Below are positions 38,393 to 51,324 of a stretch of 64,000 nt of DNA, piece by piece; position 1 is the stretch's first letter, and the number at the start of each line of letters is the position of its first letter. Position numbers and translations under genes: made by a program. The notes under the pieces are model-generated. The model had not been told where the DNA came from. It saw only the letters and a list, made by a program, of their open reading frames with translations, and did no database searches. Source of the stretch: Bdellovibrionota bacterium (GTDB lineage Bacteria > Bdellovibrionota_C > UBA2361 > JBIIDM01); the NCBI GenBank assembly GCA_044238365.1, contig JBIIDM010000001.1, forward strand, positions 8,769 to 72,768, in the 5' to 3' direction.

Positions 38393-39547
38393 CTAAATCG
38401 GCAATCTCCCGCCAAGTCCAAAGTTGATAAAGCCCTGGATTGCCTTAAAGACGTCCTGAGAGAATCTCTTACCTGTTGCCGACGGAACCCTAACGATATC
38501 TCCATTTTTAAGGTATGGATTTTCTTGGGAGCCACTTTGAATCGACTCTAAATTGAATAACAAAGTAACTTTTTCCTGATTCCCCAGCCGCCTGACGATT
38601 TCAACCTCATCAAATTGGGCACCATAAGAAATGCCACCTGCTGCTGCTAACGCCCCAACCAATGTTGCATTCTCGCCCAGAGTGAACTGGCCTCGTTTTT
38701 CTACTTCTCCTTCAACCATAACCTGGCCGGAAGGTTGAATGATTATAATATCCCCTCCTCTCAATGGAACTTGAACAGGTGACGTGCTATTCAAACCAAA
38801 CGCTGCGGCCACGGGAATCTCAATGCCCTGGTCTGTCTGCATAGTTTCGATAACATCTTCTTCTAGGGCGCTCCTCGCCATAGCGACCATGGAGGACCCG
38901 TCCGAAGCAGACTGATCTGCTTCGATAAAAGTTATAAAATTGCCCGATTCCTTGGTCAATCCACCCGCTGCCCCAACAACTTCCAACAACGTATTTCTAT
39001 CTTTACGTAAAATTTGCTTTCCTGGATGGGCCACGGCTCCCACTACAGACACCTGATGTCCGGAGTAGTCCGATATAGACAAGACCACCTGTGGGTCTCT
39101 TAAATGACCTGACAACTTTCCCTTTAATCGATTAGTAGCCTGAAGTTCTGTAAGGCCTCCTAATTCGACCATACCTATCAAAGGAAGTGAGACGACCCCA
39201 GTCTGCGCAATCCGGACTTTCGTATTCAGCTCATCGACTCCAAATACGGCCAATTGAATTTCGTCTCCAGGGGCTAGAATATAGTCACTCTCCTTATCCT
39301 GGTCAGTCGCACCGACATCTCGGGAGCTTAAGAGGCCATAAAGCTTTTCGCGGTTTTTCTGCTCATGCTGCTGATACAGCTGCAAATCCTCCTCTATTGT
39401 TCTTACCTGCTTACCTGACCTCCTTGCCTCCGCCACAACCTGTGAATGAGGTTTGGTATAGCTACGAGGGGCACACGAATAAAGAGATAAAAATACAAGC
39501 GACAATCCGACGCCTCGAATATTCCTGGAAAGGGCTGAAATTCGCAT
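38393..39547 (-). CDS. Polysaccharide export outer-membrane lipoprotein (Wza-like).
   Basis: A lipoprotein signal LSLYSCA and Poly_export-like segment LAPGDEIQLAVFGVDELN are present. SLBB-like repeats follow. Confidence 0.7.
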   Translation of the reverse strand: MRISALSRNIRGVGLSLVFLSLYSCAPRSYTKPHSQVVAEARRSGKQVRTIEEDLQLYQQHEQKNREKLYGLLSSRDVGATDQDKESDYILAPGDEIQLAVFGVDELNTKVRIAQTGVVSLPLIGMVELGGLTELQATNRLKGKLSGHLRDPQVVLSISDYSGHQVSVVGAVAHPGKQILRKDRNTLLEVVGAAGGLTKESGNFITFIEADQSASDGSSMVAMARSALEEDVIETMQTDQGIEIPVAAAFGLNSTSPVQVPLRGGDIIIIQPSGQVMVEGEVEKRGQFTLGENATLVGALAAAGGISYGAQFDEVEIVRRLGNQEKVTLLFNLESIQSGSQENPYLKNGDIVRVPSATGKRFSQDVFKAIQGFINFGLGGRLPI

Positions 39548-39794
39548 TCTTGATGACCAACTAGTTCAAAATAAAAACATTAACAAATCACGCACTGCGA
39601 CCGTAATGGCGTTAAGGTTAAACCGTTGAAAGGTTAAGTCAAGACTCGGTGTAATTTTGCCCTAATTGTTCGTAGAAGGCCCGACTTAGTAAGTCGTTGA
39701 AGCAAGGCTTTATCCTCTCTTCAAAATAATTTTTAGACTTCGTGAGTCCCAAGTTAGTAACTGTGGCGTATGGGCGCTTAAGAGTGTGTGAGCG

Positions 39795-40994
39795 TCAGGT
39801 TCGAACTGGGATCCTGAAAATTCGAATAAATGTATACGCAATAAACACTGAAAAAACAGAGCAAAGCGCCCCCATCTTTGCCTGGGCCTGTAATTCGACA
39901 TCAGAAAACGCTGCCGCTGATATAAACAACGAAACCGTAAGACCCAGTCCTGCAACTATCCCAACAAAAAATAGTTCTCGGTACCCCATTCCCACCGGCA
40001 GATCGAACCCTAACCACTTGGCAAAGGAACCAAACACGAAAATCCCCGCTGGCTTTCCAAATAACAACCCTACACTTACCGCTACCGTCGGCAATCCAAT
40101 GGCCGAAAGCGGCACACCGGCATTTACAATGCCAAAACCAAAAAGCCCAAATTCAACTACCCGTCTAATGTCCTTGTCAAAGTGACCCAACGTATCAGTC
40201 AGCTCAGGGGTCTCTTCAACAAATAACCCCAAATCCTTATCGGCAGAGGGAAAAAACGGGATTATCGGAACCAATGCGAGTGCTGGATGAAGGTGGGCCT
40301 TATAAAGCCCGACCCAACTTAATAAACCCGGACCACACACGTAGGCCCAGTGATTGAACGTGCGATTTTTCCGAAGAAAGAAGGCCCACGCCATCGCGAT
40401 AATGACCAGAATCAAAATAACTGGATTGGGCGTTGCGTTGGGCGTTGGGTAGAAAAAACATATTATCGCTAATCCGACTCCATCATCGACAATGGCTAAA
40501 AGTAGGAGGTAGCTTACGGCTGGATGGGAGGCCCCCAACAAGAATCTTGCAACCAACCATGCCATGGCAATATCTGTGGCTGTCGGTATGGCCCAACCGG
40601 CCAATAGCTCACTAGATCCGAATCCATAGACAATTATAATATAAATAAGAGCTGGTCCAACAATTCCACCAAATGTTGCAAAAAGCGGGTTGATCGCCCT
40701 TTTAATAGGACTCAGATCGCCACCCGGCAACATGCTCTCAACAACTTCTTTGGTCGCTAAACCAAAGAACAAGGCCATAAAAATCTCATTTACTAAAAAA
40801 CGAGTATCAAAGTGGGCATCGTGTCCAACAAAGGAATATTCCAAGAGGGAGTCATAAGAACCTGGCGCCAAATTCGCCCAAGTCAACCCTAACAACACAC
40901 CAAATAATAAGGGTAACGAGTATTCGGTTAAGACCTTTATGCCCTTTGAAACGGCAACGTGCCTAGGAGTAGTGGGCTTGGGTTTAGTTACCAA
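39795..40994 (-). CDS. nhaA: Na+/H+ antiporter NhaA.
   Basis: 399 aa and polytopic. The characteristic NhaA N-terminal region is LPLLFGVLLGLTWANLAPGSY. Confidence 0.8.
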   Translation of the reverse strand: MVTKPKPTTPRHVAVSKGIKVLTEYSLPLLFGVLLGLTWANLAPGSYDSLLEYSFVGHDAHFDTRFLVNEIFMALFFGLATKEVVESMLPGGDLSPIKRAINPLFATFGGIVGPALIYIIIVYGFGSSELLAGWAIPTATDIAMAWLVARFLLGASHPAVSYLLLLAIVDDGVGLAIICFFYPTPNATPNPVILILVIIAMAWAFFLRKNRTFNHWAYVCGPGLLSWVGLYKAHLHPALALVPIIPFFPSADKDLGLFVEETPELTDTLGHFDKDIRRVVEFGLFGFGIVNAGVPLSAIGLPTVAVSVGLLFGKPAGIFVFGSFAKWLGFDLPVGMGYRELFFVGIVAGLGLTVSLFISAAAFSDVELQAQAKMGALCSVFSVFIAYTFIRIFRIPVRT

Positions 40995-41000
40995 GGGAAA

Positions 41001-41378
41001 TTAATGGTGAGACTCGCCATGCTCCATTGCCTTCAGTTCCTCAAGCTCCTTGTGTTGTTTCGCCTTCTCCTGCGTTATTACTTCGGGGGCCCTTGGATCA
41101 ACCCTAAAAGGATTATCGATAAACACGCCTCCAATCATTATAGCGAGAAGCAAAATCGGCACGACAGCATAAAAGCGCGTCATTGTGTCTTCGAACTTAA
41201 GGTGCATAAAGTACATTGCCACCAGAAGGGCCTTTATAGAGGCTACAAACATCGCAACGACAATGTTAAAATTACCCATGTCCACGTAGGCCACTGCCAC
41301 CGTTACGACAGTCAGAACGAGCAAAATGCCTAAAATAACTATGTACGAGGGCCCGTGATGTTCTTCGTGAGTACTCAT
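41001..41378 (-). CDS. Cytochrome c oxidase subunit IV (bacterial caa3-type small subunit).
   Basis: 125 aa with 3 TM segments. It lies directly downstream of coxC. Confidence 0.55.
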   Translation of the reverse strand: MSTHEEHHGPSYIVILGILLVLTVVTVAVAYVDMGNFNIVVAMFVASIKALLVAMYFMHLKFEDTMTRFYAVVPILLLAIMIGGVFIDNPFRVDPRAPEVITQEKAKQHKELEELKAMEHGESHH

Positions 41379-41418
41379 AGGATGGGTCCTTAAAAACTTT
41401 CAAATCAGTTATAACAAT

Positions 41419-42081
41419 CTACCCGACCAGATATAGGAGCGGAAAAAGATAAATCCAAATCAAGTCAACCAAGTGCCAATAAAGGGCGCCCAACTCGACC
41501 GGGGTATAGTACCTGGAAGAAAACCTACCCTTTGAGGACTTTCTTATTCCGTAAAACCAAAGGATAAACATTCCAAAAATAACGTGCAGCGCGTGAATTC
41601 CCGACATACAGAAATACAGCCCGAAGAACGATTTGTAATGAGCAAAGTTTTCCGAAAACTTAGGATCCAGCGGGAACAAATGGTGCTGCCATTTATCGTA
41701 GTATTCGTATGATTTTATTAAAAGGAACGCAAACCCACAAAAAATAGTAATCCAAAGTTTCCTGGTTACGCCCTCGTTATTGCCTTTTTTCGCATCATCA
41801 ACAGCAGCTGCGGCCAAATAACTACTAAAAAGCAGAATAACGGTATTAGTGGCCCCTATTAGTTTATTTAAATGCTGACTCGCAACATGAAAAATATCGA
41901 GATACATTGCCCTGTAAACCGCAAAGCTACAAAACATAACCCCAAAAAGCAAAAGCTCGGTAGCCAAAAACAACCACATACCTAATTTAGCAGCTTCGTA
42001 CGCTGTCTTGGAGTCCATGTGATGAACATAGGGTGGATCGCCTGGGTTAACATGGTGCGTACTATGAGCGGTCATATTCAT
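41419..42081 (-). CDS. coxC: Cytochrome c oxidase subunit III.
   Basis: Polytopic, with conserved His residues and WYWHLVDLIW-like region (ALYWHLVDLIWIYLFPLLY). Confidence 0.8.
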   Translation of the reverse strand: MNMTAHSTHHVNPGDPPYVHHMDSKTAYEAAKLGMWLFLATELLLFGVMFCSFAVYRAMYLDIFHVASQHLNKLIGATNTVILLFSSYLAAAAVDDAKKGNNEGVTRKLWITIFCGFAFLLIKSYEYYDKWQHHLFPLDPKFSENFAHYKSFFGLYFCMSGIHALHVIFGMFILWFYGIRKSSKGRFSSRYYTPVELGALYWHLVDLIWIYLFPLLYLVG

Positions 42082-42127
42082 TCTTCTGAATTAATTCCAA
42101 GTTAATCTGATATCATTCCAATTATTT

Positions 42128-43726
42128 TCAGTGCGCTTTGGTACCATAAGAATACGGCTCAAAATCTACCACCGGGATCTCCTCAAAATTCTCATGTATA
42201 GGAGGCGATGATGTCATCCACTCCAAACCAATTGCATTGTAAGGATTATCCCCGGCTAATCTTCGGCTAAATATCCAGGCATACAACAGGTTAACAAAAG
42301 CAAAGGTGTAACCCAGGGCATTTATATAAGCACCGATAGTTGACACAAAGTGAAGGTCCGCAAACTGAGGAAGGTAATCATAATACCGTCGGGGCATTCC
42401 ATGAAAGCCCAGTACAAACTGTGGTAAAAACGTCAGGTTAAATCCCACCATCACCAAGAGCCAACCGAAATTGGCTGTAGCCTCGTTGTACATCTTCCCG
42501 GTAATTTTTGGAAACCAGTGATGCAAAGCAGCAACTAATCCAATGACCGCACCCCCTTGTATGGTGTAATGGAAGTGCGCAACCACAAAATAGGTATCAT
42601 GAAAATAAACATCAATGGCAAGCACCGCAAGGTAAACACCCGTAGTTCCCGCTATCATAAAGAGAAAAACAAACGCCATGGCATAGAGCATCGGTGTCGA
42701 AAATGTTATCGATCCACGATACATGGTACTGATCCAGTTGAATACCTTGATCGCAGTCGGAATTGCTACACCGAAAGTTATAATCGAAAATATCGCGGCC
42801 GACGTATCGGAAATCCCCGAAACAAACATGTGATGGGCCCAGACCAGGAATCCAACTGCCGCTATTCCAACAGAAGAGATAACCATTATTTTATACCCAA
42901 ATAGCGGCTTACGGGAAAATACTGGTATTATTTCGCCGATGATTCCAAACGCCGGAAGCACCATTATGTACACCACGGGGTGAGAATAGAACCAGAACAA
43001 ATGTTCAAAAAGTACCGGATCTCCCCCCTTGGTCGGATCAAATATCCCGACCCCAAATGCTCGTTCAAACAAAAGCAATAACAACGTCATGCCGACCACG
43101 GGAGTTGCGACGACCTGAATCACCGATGTGGCATATACGGTCCAAACAAATATAGGAAGTCTCATCCAGTACATGCCTGGGGCACGAAGTTTATGGATAG
43201 TCACAATAAAATTAAGTCCTGTGAGAATCGAAGAGAATCCTAGTACAAACGCCGCTGCTGTCATTAAAATCACCGCTGACTGCGTTTGGATACTATAGGG
43301 CGTATAAAATGTCCATCCCGTATCTACCGGTGCCGAAAGACTAATTAAAGCCATTATTGCCCCAACCACGTAGACATAGTAACTCATGAGATTAAGCCGG
43401 GGAAAGGCTACGTCCTTAGCACCAATCATCAATGGCAGGAGAAAATTACCCATGACTGCTGGTATTCCAGGCACGATAAAAAGGAATATCATGATAACGC
43501 CGTGCATCGTAAACCAACGATTATACGAATCAGCGGACATTATCTGAGTACCCGGATAGGCCAACTCTGTCCGTATCATCAACGCGGCAATCCCTCCAAA
43601 AAAGAAGAAAGTAACCAGCGAAAAAAGATAGAGCAGCGCTATCCGCTTATGATCGACAGTTGATAACCAAGACCAAATAGTGGTCTCGTGGTTAAGGTAA
43701 TTTTTTGCTGTATGAGACTCGGACAT
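42128..43726 (-). CDS. coxA: Cytochrome c oxidase subunit I.
   Basis: It has 12 TM helices. Heme/CuB His ligands lie in contexts WAHHMF and HFHYTIQGG. KRIALLYL is also present. Confidence 0.95.
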   Translation of the reverse strand: MSESHTAKNYLNHETTIWSWLSTVDHKRIALLYLFSLVTFFFFGGIAALMIRTELAYPGTQIMSADSYNRWFTMHGVIMIFLFIVPGIPAVMGNFLLPLMIGAKDVAFPRLNLMSYYVYVVGAIMALISLSAPVDTGWTFYTPYSIQTQSAVILMTAAAFVLGFSSILTGLNFIVTIHKLRAPGMYWMRLPIFVWTVYATSVIQVVATPVVGMTLLLLLFERAFGVGIFDPTKGGDPVLFEHLFWFYSHPVVYIMVLPAFGIIGEIIPVFSRKPLFGYKIMVISSVGIAAVGFLVWAHHMFVSGISDTSAAIFSIITFGVAIPTAIKVFNWISTMYRGSITFSTPMLYAMAFVFLFMIAGTTGVYLAVLAIDVYFHDTYFVVAHFHYTIQGGAVIGLVAALHHWFPKITGKMYNEATANFGWLLVMVGFNLTFLPQFVLGFHGMPRRYYDYLPQFADLHFVSTIGAYINALGYTFAFVNLLYAWIFSRRLAGDNPYNAIGLEWMTSSPPIHENFEEIPVVDFEPYSYGTKAH

Positions 43727-43749
43727 ATATTATTTCCTAAAAGACCGTC

Positions 43750-45057
43750 TTATCCCTTTATCTCTTTCAAGAACCCAATTATTGCCTCAATATCGGCTTC
43801 ACTGAGTTGACCTGAGTACGAAGGCATAGCTCCGGGGTACCCTTTGACCAGATGCTTTTGCGGCTCAAGAATTGATTCTCGAATATACGCTTCATCAGCC
43901 TCGTATGCGGCCCCATCCTCAAAAGTCGCACTTCTGCCATACAAACCTTTCCAGGTTGGCCCAACGCCACCGGGTGCTCCAGTAACATTGTGACATGCCG
44001 TACACTGGGCCACGACGGCAACTTTCTTCTTGAGTTCTTCAAACTTAATTTCTTCCGGACTTCCGCCTGGTGAACCAGAGGATGATCCGCCAGAAGACTC
44101 CTCAATTATAATTGGAGCTGGGGCAGTTCCATCTAAAGTTTTAATAAATGCAATAAGATCAGTAATCTCTTCACTTGATACCTGTCCTTCGTAACCGGGC
44201 ATAACATTTGGATACCCCTTAACAATATGCTTGGAGGAATATAAAATAGACTCAGCTATGTAATTATCGTCTGCCTTGTACTTGGTACCATCATCGAACT
44301 CACCCTCACGCCCGTACAGCTTCAAAAATGTTGGGCCAACCAGCGGATTTCCGTTTAATGTATGACACGTCTTACAGGGCAGCTTGCTGTTATATAGATA
44401 GCGTCCCTTCTCGGCTGGTGAATTTCCTGTATCTTCTTTCGTGTTCAACCAACGCTCGTAGTCGGCTTCCGAAACAACATGCATCTTTGCCAACATTTTC
44501 GAATGGCTGGTACCACAATATTCAGTACAGTACACCTGCTGCATCCCGGTTTTAATTGGCCTAAACCATTGATAGGTATAGTGCCCTGGAACGGCATCCA
44601 TCTTTGTTCTCATGCCTGGAACAAAAAAGCTGTGGAGTACATCCTTCGCCGTTAAAATCAGCTTGATCGGCTTGTTGACCGGGACCGTAAACTCATCTAC
44701 CGTTTGCTTTCCATTTGGATATGCAAAGCTCCATTGCCACTTCTCCCCTAAAACGTTGATCTCCAACGCATCTTTAGGGACATCCCTCATTAGCCGGTAA
44801 CCGTAATACCCATAGGCAGCAATAAAAATACAGACGAGTGTTGGAAGCAAAGTCCAGCACACTTCTAAAATAGTACTGCCCTCGATATGAGGCGTTTCGT
44901 GGTCAGTCTCTCCACGCTTCCGGTATTTCACGGCAAAATAAATCATTGTTCCGACAATCGCCACGGTAAAGAACACTGACAAGTCAGTGACTAAATTCGT
45001 AATATTATCGACTACGGGGGCGAATTCTGAGTCTGCTGATGGAAGATAACGGAACAT
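43750..45057 (-). CDS. coxB: Cytochrome c oxidase subunit II fused to a di-heme cytochrome c domain (caa3-type).
   Basis: The CuA site is CTEYCGTSHSKM. Two CxxCH motifs (CKTCH, CTACH) lie in C-terminal repeated cytochrome c domains. Confidence 0.85.
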   Translation of the reverse strand: MFRYLPSADSEFAPVVDNITNLVTDLSVFFTVAIVGTMIYFAVKYRKRGETDHETPHIEGSTILEVCWTLLPTLVCIFIAAYGYYGYRLMRDVPKDALEINVLGEKWQWSFAYPNGKQTVDEFTVPVNKPIKLILTAKDVLHSFFVPGMRTKMDAVPGHYTYQWFRPIKTGMQQVYCTEYCGTSHSKMLAKMHVVSEADYERWLNTKEDTGNSPAEKGRYLYNSKLPCKTCHTLNGNPLVGPTFLKLYGREGEFDDGTKYKADDNYIAESILYSSKHIVKGYPNVMPGYEGQVSSEEITDLIAFIKTLDGTAPAPIIIEESSGGSSSGSPGGSPEEIKFEELKKKVAVVAQCTACHNVTGAPGGVGPTWKGLYGRSATFEDGAAYEADEAYIRESILEPQKHLVKGYPGAMPSYSGQLSEADIEAIIGFLKEIKG

Positions 45058-45064
45058 GCCTTAA

Positions 45065-45916
45065 TCAAGCCTTTTTTTTGACAAAATAAATTACGATCGA
45101 TACACAGGTAAACAAAAATAGTGTTGTCCCAACGCGCGCAAAGTTCCACGCTGCAAGCGTATATCGCCCCTTTAACGGGTCAAAGCGATAACAAAAGAGC
45201 ATCAGATGATCTACTAACGTGCCTATTTTTCCTGCGGATGCCTCTACCAGCGCTAACTTTACATCCCTTGGTGAAAACTTAATATCCGAAAAATACTTCG
45301 AAACTTGCCCACCTGGGGTGATTATAATAAGGGCTGAGCTGTGAGCATACTCTCCCCCTTCTTCACGATATTTAAATCCAACCTGCCCCATCAAGCGCTC
45401 GATTTGATCCTCTCCTCCTGTTGCAAACATCCACGACCCTGGGGAAAGTCCTGCCATTTCGCGAAACTCCTCGCCCCTCGAATGGGCTATAGCAGATAGC
45501 TCACTGTGCTTGAAGCTCACCGTAAGTGCAGAGTAGTCCTCACCTGCCTTTAAACCAAGTTCCTTGAATAATTGAGCTGCTCCTGCCAACGCTAAACCAC
45601 ACAAGCGAGGGCACGAATAATAAACAGGAACAAGAACCAACGGCTTACCCTCAGCCAGTCTATCCGCGACTGCAAATTTCGTACCGTATTCGTCGGTTAG
45701 TTCAATCGAACCATCCACGTGCTCCCCGAGCCGCTGATTGATTCCTACGGCCTGCTCGACTTTCCCGCCGTCCAAGCCGTAGGAAACTGCGCCACCAACC
45801 AACAATATCAGAGCTAGAGGAAAAAAGATTAAATATCTTAGGGATGCTCTGACGTAAAAGGTGCTATCACCACGACAAACTGCATTGATCATTATCATGA
45901 ATCCCCCAGACAACAC
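45065..45916 (-). CDS. SCO1/SenC copper chaperone for cytochrome oxidase assembly.
   Basis: A TM anchor and the thioredoxin-like motif VYYSCPRLCG (CxxxC) are present. It is the first gene of the cox cluster. Confidence 0.7.
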   Translation of the reverse strand: MLSGGFMIMINAVCRGDSTFYVRASLRYLIFFPLALILLVGGAVSYGLDGGKVEQAVGINQRLGEHVDGSIELTDEYGTKFAVADRLAEGKPLVLVPVYYSCPRLCGLALAGAAQLFKELGLKAGEDYSALTVSFKHSELSAIAHSRGEEFREMAGLSPGSWMFATGGEDQIERLMGQVGFKYREEGGEYAHSSALIIITPGGQVSKYFSDIKFSPRDVKLALVEASAGKIGTLVDHLMLFCYRFDPLKGRYTLAAWNFARVGTTLFLFTCVSIVIYFVKKKA

Positions 45917-45989
45917 GGGAATATATCACAGGAATTGAAGAGCAGGCGCTTCTTGAGGAGACCGAAATTACCCCAAGAGTGAAGCAACG

Positions 45990-46124
45990 CTACTGTCCAA
46001 AGACTGCATCAAAGCTCTTTTTAGCTGCCTTAAATACTTTCTTCAATGCGACTTGTCTTCTAGCAAGCAACTTCTTATCGCGATTTTTTCGTCTAGTTTC
46101 AGTAATTTTAGTATTAGATGCCAT
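45990..46124 (-). CDS. Possible small basic protein (44 aa), below the ORF-track size cutoff.
   Basis: From my own translation: MASNTKITETRRKNRDKKLLARRQVALKKVFKAAKKSFDAVFGQ*. A GAGAG RBS lies 8 nt upstream. It sits in the gyrB to sco1 intergenic region on the same strand as both. Confidence 0.3.
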   Translation of the reverse strand: MASNTKITETRRKNRDKKLLARRQVALKKVFKAAKKSFDAVFGQ

Positions 46125-46557
46125 AAAATTCTCTCATTAACTCTACAAATAAACTCTATTTAAACACCTTGCGAAAATGGTGATTTCGTACCGCGTACAA
46201 AATCCATCCACACTACTGGCTATAACGTTAACGAACGTAGCTAATGCGGAAACACACAAAGAACTTAAGCTAAAAATCATGAAAATATCCATTGACTTAA
46301 CCCAATATCAACACGGGGTCGGACAGAATTCAGGCTGATCATAGCCGTGCCGATTGGGAAAAAAATTCCATACCAAAGTACGTATCCCTAGAGTTGAGCC
46401 CAATGCAATGTACATCACTTTCCAAAACACAGTCAACCAATACAATAAGTAACTGCACGGGCTCGCCCGGCATGATCGTGAACACCGGAAGTTTTATTTT
46501 ATGTCCAATTTCAAGGCCTTGCCCCCTCCAGTGGCACGAGCTAATCGATAATCCGAC

Positions 46558-49032
<2,475 letters not shown>

Positions 49033-49137
49033 TCATTAGCGCCTTCTGTCACCAGAGTCCCGCCCAACTCCGGTCATTCCCAGCTACAGATATCTAAATC
49101 GAGCAAACCAACCTTGAGCAGCTCGGAAAGAACGCCA

Positions 49138-50199
49138 TTATAAAAACAAAACATCAAAACCTTCGTTCTGTATACTATCGGCCAGTTCCAGGTTGGTCGA
49201 GGTAACAAATACCTGCCATCCTGTAGCCCTTATTACGCGAAGTAAGGACCTTCTACGTTTTTCATCAAGTTCAGAATCAACATCATCAAGAATAAGAACA
49301 GGGGTCTGATGAAGGGAATTAGATAGGTTTTGGGCCGTTGCTACCGTGAGCGCCAATGTTGCAGCCCTTATTTGCCCCTGCGATCCGAACTCCTTAATAG
49401 GCCTCCCACCCATCAGGATCTCCATATCATCAAGGTGGATGCCGATTTGAGGACGTCTGAACCGAAGCTCTTTCTGCAACTGTCTCTCTAATGTGCTGAA
49501 AGCCTCCTGCTCAGATCGAACTACACCAAAGGTTGTCACGTATCTTATTTTGAGATCAACTCCCTCGCCGAATAGCTCTTGAAACACCACCGAAAAATTT
49601 GCATTAAGCTTATCGATTACTTCGTATCGACGCTGAATTATCTCCCAAGCTGATTTTGCAAGTAACTCGTTCCACGTTCTAATATCTGAAGGATTTGCGC
49701 CTTGTTTAAGCAGCGTTCTCTTATGGGCAAGTGTTCGACCATAAAAATTGTACAGCTCTATTAAAGGTGGATTAAGTTCAATAATATGTTTATCAACGAG
49801 CCCCCTCCGTACGACTGCCCCTCCCTTTACGACTCCCAGACTATCAGGGGAAAAACCTATCACCAGAAAACTGCCCACAAAATCCTTGATCTTGGTAATT
49901 AACTTACCATCCCGAGATATCTGCCGTCGCCCGGACTCGACCGTTACTGACAAATTAAAAGAACCAATATCATCGGAACAAAGACCCGAAACTATAGCTG
50001 CAGAGTTTTCATGTTTAATAAGTGCCCGAAGCTTTGAACGCTTCAATGAAACTCCTGTCCCTAACAGATAAATCGCCTCTACCAGATTCGTTTTTCCTCT
50101 ACCATTTTGAGATAGAATAAAATTCAGGCCCCCTCCAAATGAAAATGAGTTTTCCGCAAAGTTCCTAAAATTCTGTAAATACAATGATCGTATCTGCAA
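49138..50199 (-). CDS. recF: DNA replication and repair protein RecF.
   Basis: The Walker A is GQNGRGKTNLVEAIY. It sits in the conserved position between dnaN and gyrB. Confidence 0.9.
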   Translation of the reverse strand: MQIRSLYLQNFRNFAENSFSFGGGLNFILSQNGRGKTNLVEAIYLLGTGVSLKRSKLRALIKHENSAAIVSGLCSDDIGSFNLSVTVESGRRQISRDGKLITKIKDFVGSFLVIGFSPDSLGVVKGGAVVRRGLVDKHIIELNPPLIELYNFYGRTLAHKRTLLKQGANPSDIRTWNELLAKSAWEIIQRRYEVIDKLNANFSVVFQELFGEGVDLKIRYVTTFGVVRSEQEAFSTLERQLQKELRFRRPQIGIHLDDMEILMGGRPIKEFGSQGQIRAATLALTVATAQNLSNSLHQTPVLILDDVDSELDEKRRRSLLRVIRATGWQVFVTSTNLELADSIQNEGFDVLFL

Positions 50200-50214
50200 A
50201 ATCTTCCCCTTCGA

Positions 50215-51324
50215 TTACTCAATTCTTATCGGCATTACCATGGCTATTGAGTGTTCATCATCGCAAGGGTAGAATCTGGCTGGCTCATTTCCATTCAATA
50301 TTTCAATAACGATCTTTTCTGATATCAAAAACGAGCTAACAACATCTATAAGGAACCGAGCATTGAAACCAACACTGATTGGTTCATCGGTACCAACAAT
50401 GACCAACCGTTCTTCACTCTCTCCAAGCTCTGGACTACGGCTTGATATTCGCATGCTATCCTCTGCGATGTCGACCCTTACCCCCTGCCCCTGAGAGGCA
50501 AGGATAAGCGAAACACGGCGCAATGCGTCAGAGAACTCCTGGACCAGGATTTCAATCTTGACTCCTGAGGACTTGGGAAAAGCCCGAGCATAATCGGGAT
50601 AATCAACATCCATAAGACGAAGCGCAAACTTTGAGGAATCACTCTTAAAAACGACAAACCCCCCTCCGAATCCAACTTCAACCTCTTTAAGATGACCATC
50701 GTCAAAAACTCTACGTAGTTCAGAAAGGCCTCTTTTAGGGAAAAGCACCCTATGCCCAAGCCGCAAATCGGGGATATCTCTAGTTGAAAGCGCAAATCTA
50801 TGTCCGTCAGTGGCAACCATAGTTACCCTTCCATCGGAAGTCGGTTCAAAACAAATACCACTCAAATTAAACTTAGCCTCATCATGAGAAGCCGCATAGA
50901 TAGTTCTGTTGATCATTTCAGCAAAAATACGGCAATCGATCTTCCGATCTGTCACCAGGTCTAATCCCGGAATTTTTGGAAACTCAAGAGCGCCCAGCAC
51001 ATTCAATTTATATTTGGTGGTATTAGATTTAATTTCAAGCTTTTTTGCGTCCGAGAGTGAAAGATTCATCAAGCCTGTCGGCAGCTGGCGAACAACATCG
51101 GCAAACATCTTTCCGGGGACTGAAAATGTAGCTGATTGCTTTACTTCGGCAGGTACTTGCATAGAAACAGAAACTTCCAGATCCGTCCCCGACACTTCTA
51201 TTTGCCCATTATCTATCCGCACTAAAAAATAAGACATAATCACAAGAGGAGATTTTTTGCCTATAAATGCCTGGAGTGTATTCAAGGCCTTCGACAAATC
51301 ATCCTGCTGAACGACACACGACAT
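50215..51324 (-). CDS. dnaN: DNA polymerase III beta sliding clamp.
   Basis: 369 aa with a three-domain beta-clamp pattern. It lies directly downstream of dnaA. Confidence 0.9.
   Translation of the reverse strand: MSCVVQQDDLSKALNTLQAFIGKKSPLVIMSYFLVRIDNGQIEVSGTDLEVSVSMQVPAEVKQSATFSVPGKMFADVVRQLPTGLMNLSLSDAKKLEIKSNTTKYKLNVLGALEFPKIPGLDLVTDRKIDCRIFAEMINRTIYAASHDEAKFNLSGICFEPTSDGRVTMVATDGHRFALSTRDIPDLRLGHRVLFPKRGLSELRRVFDDGHLKEVEVGFGGGFVVFKSDSSKFALRLMDVDYPDYARAFPKSSGVKIEILVQEFSDALRRVSLILASQGQGVRVDIAEDSMRISSRSPELGESEERLVIVGTDEPISVGFNARFLIDVVSSFLISEKIVIEILNGNEPARFYPCDDEHSIAMVMPIRIE

Noticed and set aside
37889-38551. ORFs 37889..38188-, 38053..38319-, 38180..38551+ and 38344..38535- in the wza-manC spacer.
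   Set aside because: They mutually overlap and are low-complexity with no start context. The region more plausibly holds the manC promoter.
39780-39830. tRNA-like GGTTCGAAC T-loop-like motif (gcgtcaggttcgaactgggatc).
   Set aside because: The flanks do not form a 5-bp T-stem. No acceptor or anticodon arms can be built on either strand.
40433-41333. Plus-strand ORFs 40433..40615 and 40959..41333 (His/Arg-rich).
   Set aside because: They are antisense to nhaA and cox subunit IV respectively. The H/R-rich composition is the mirror of membrane-protein codons.
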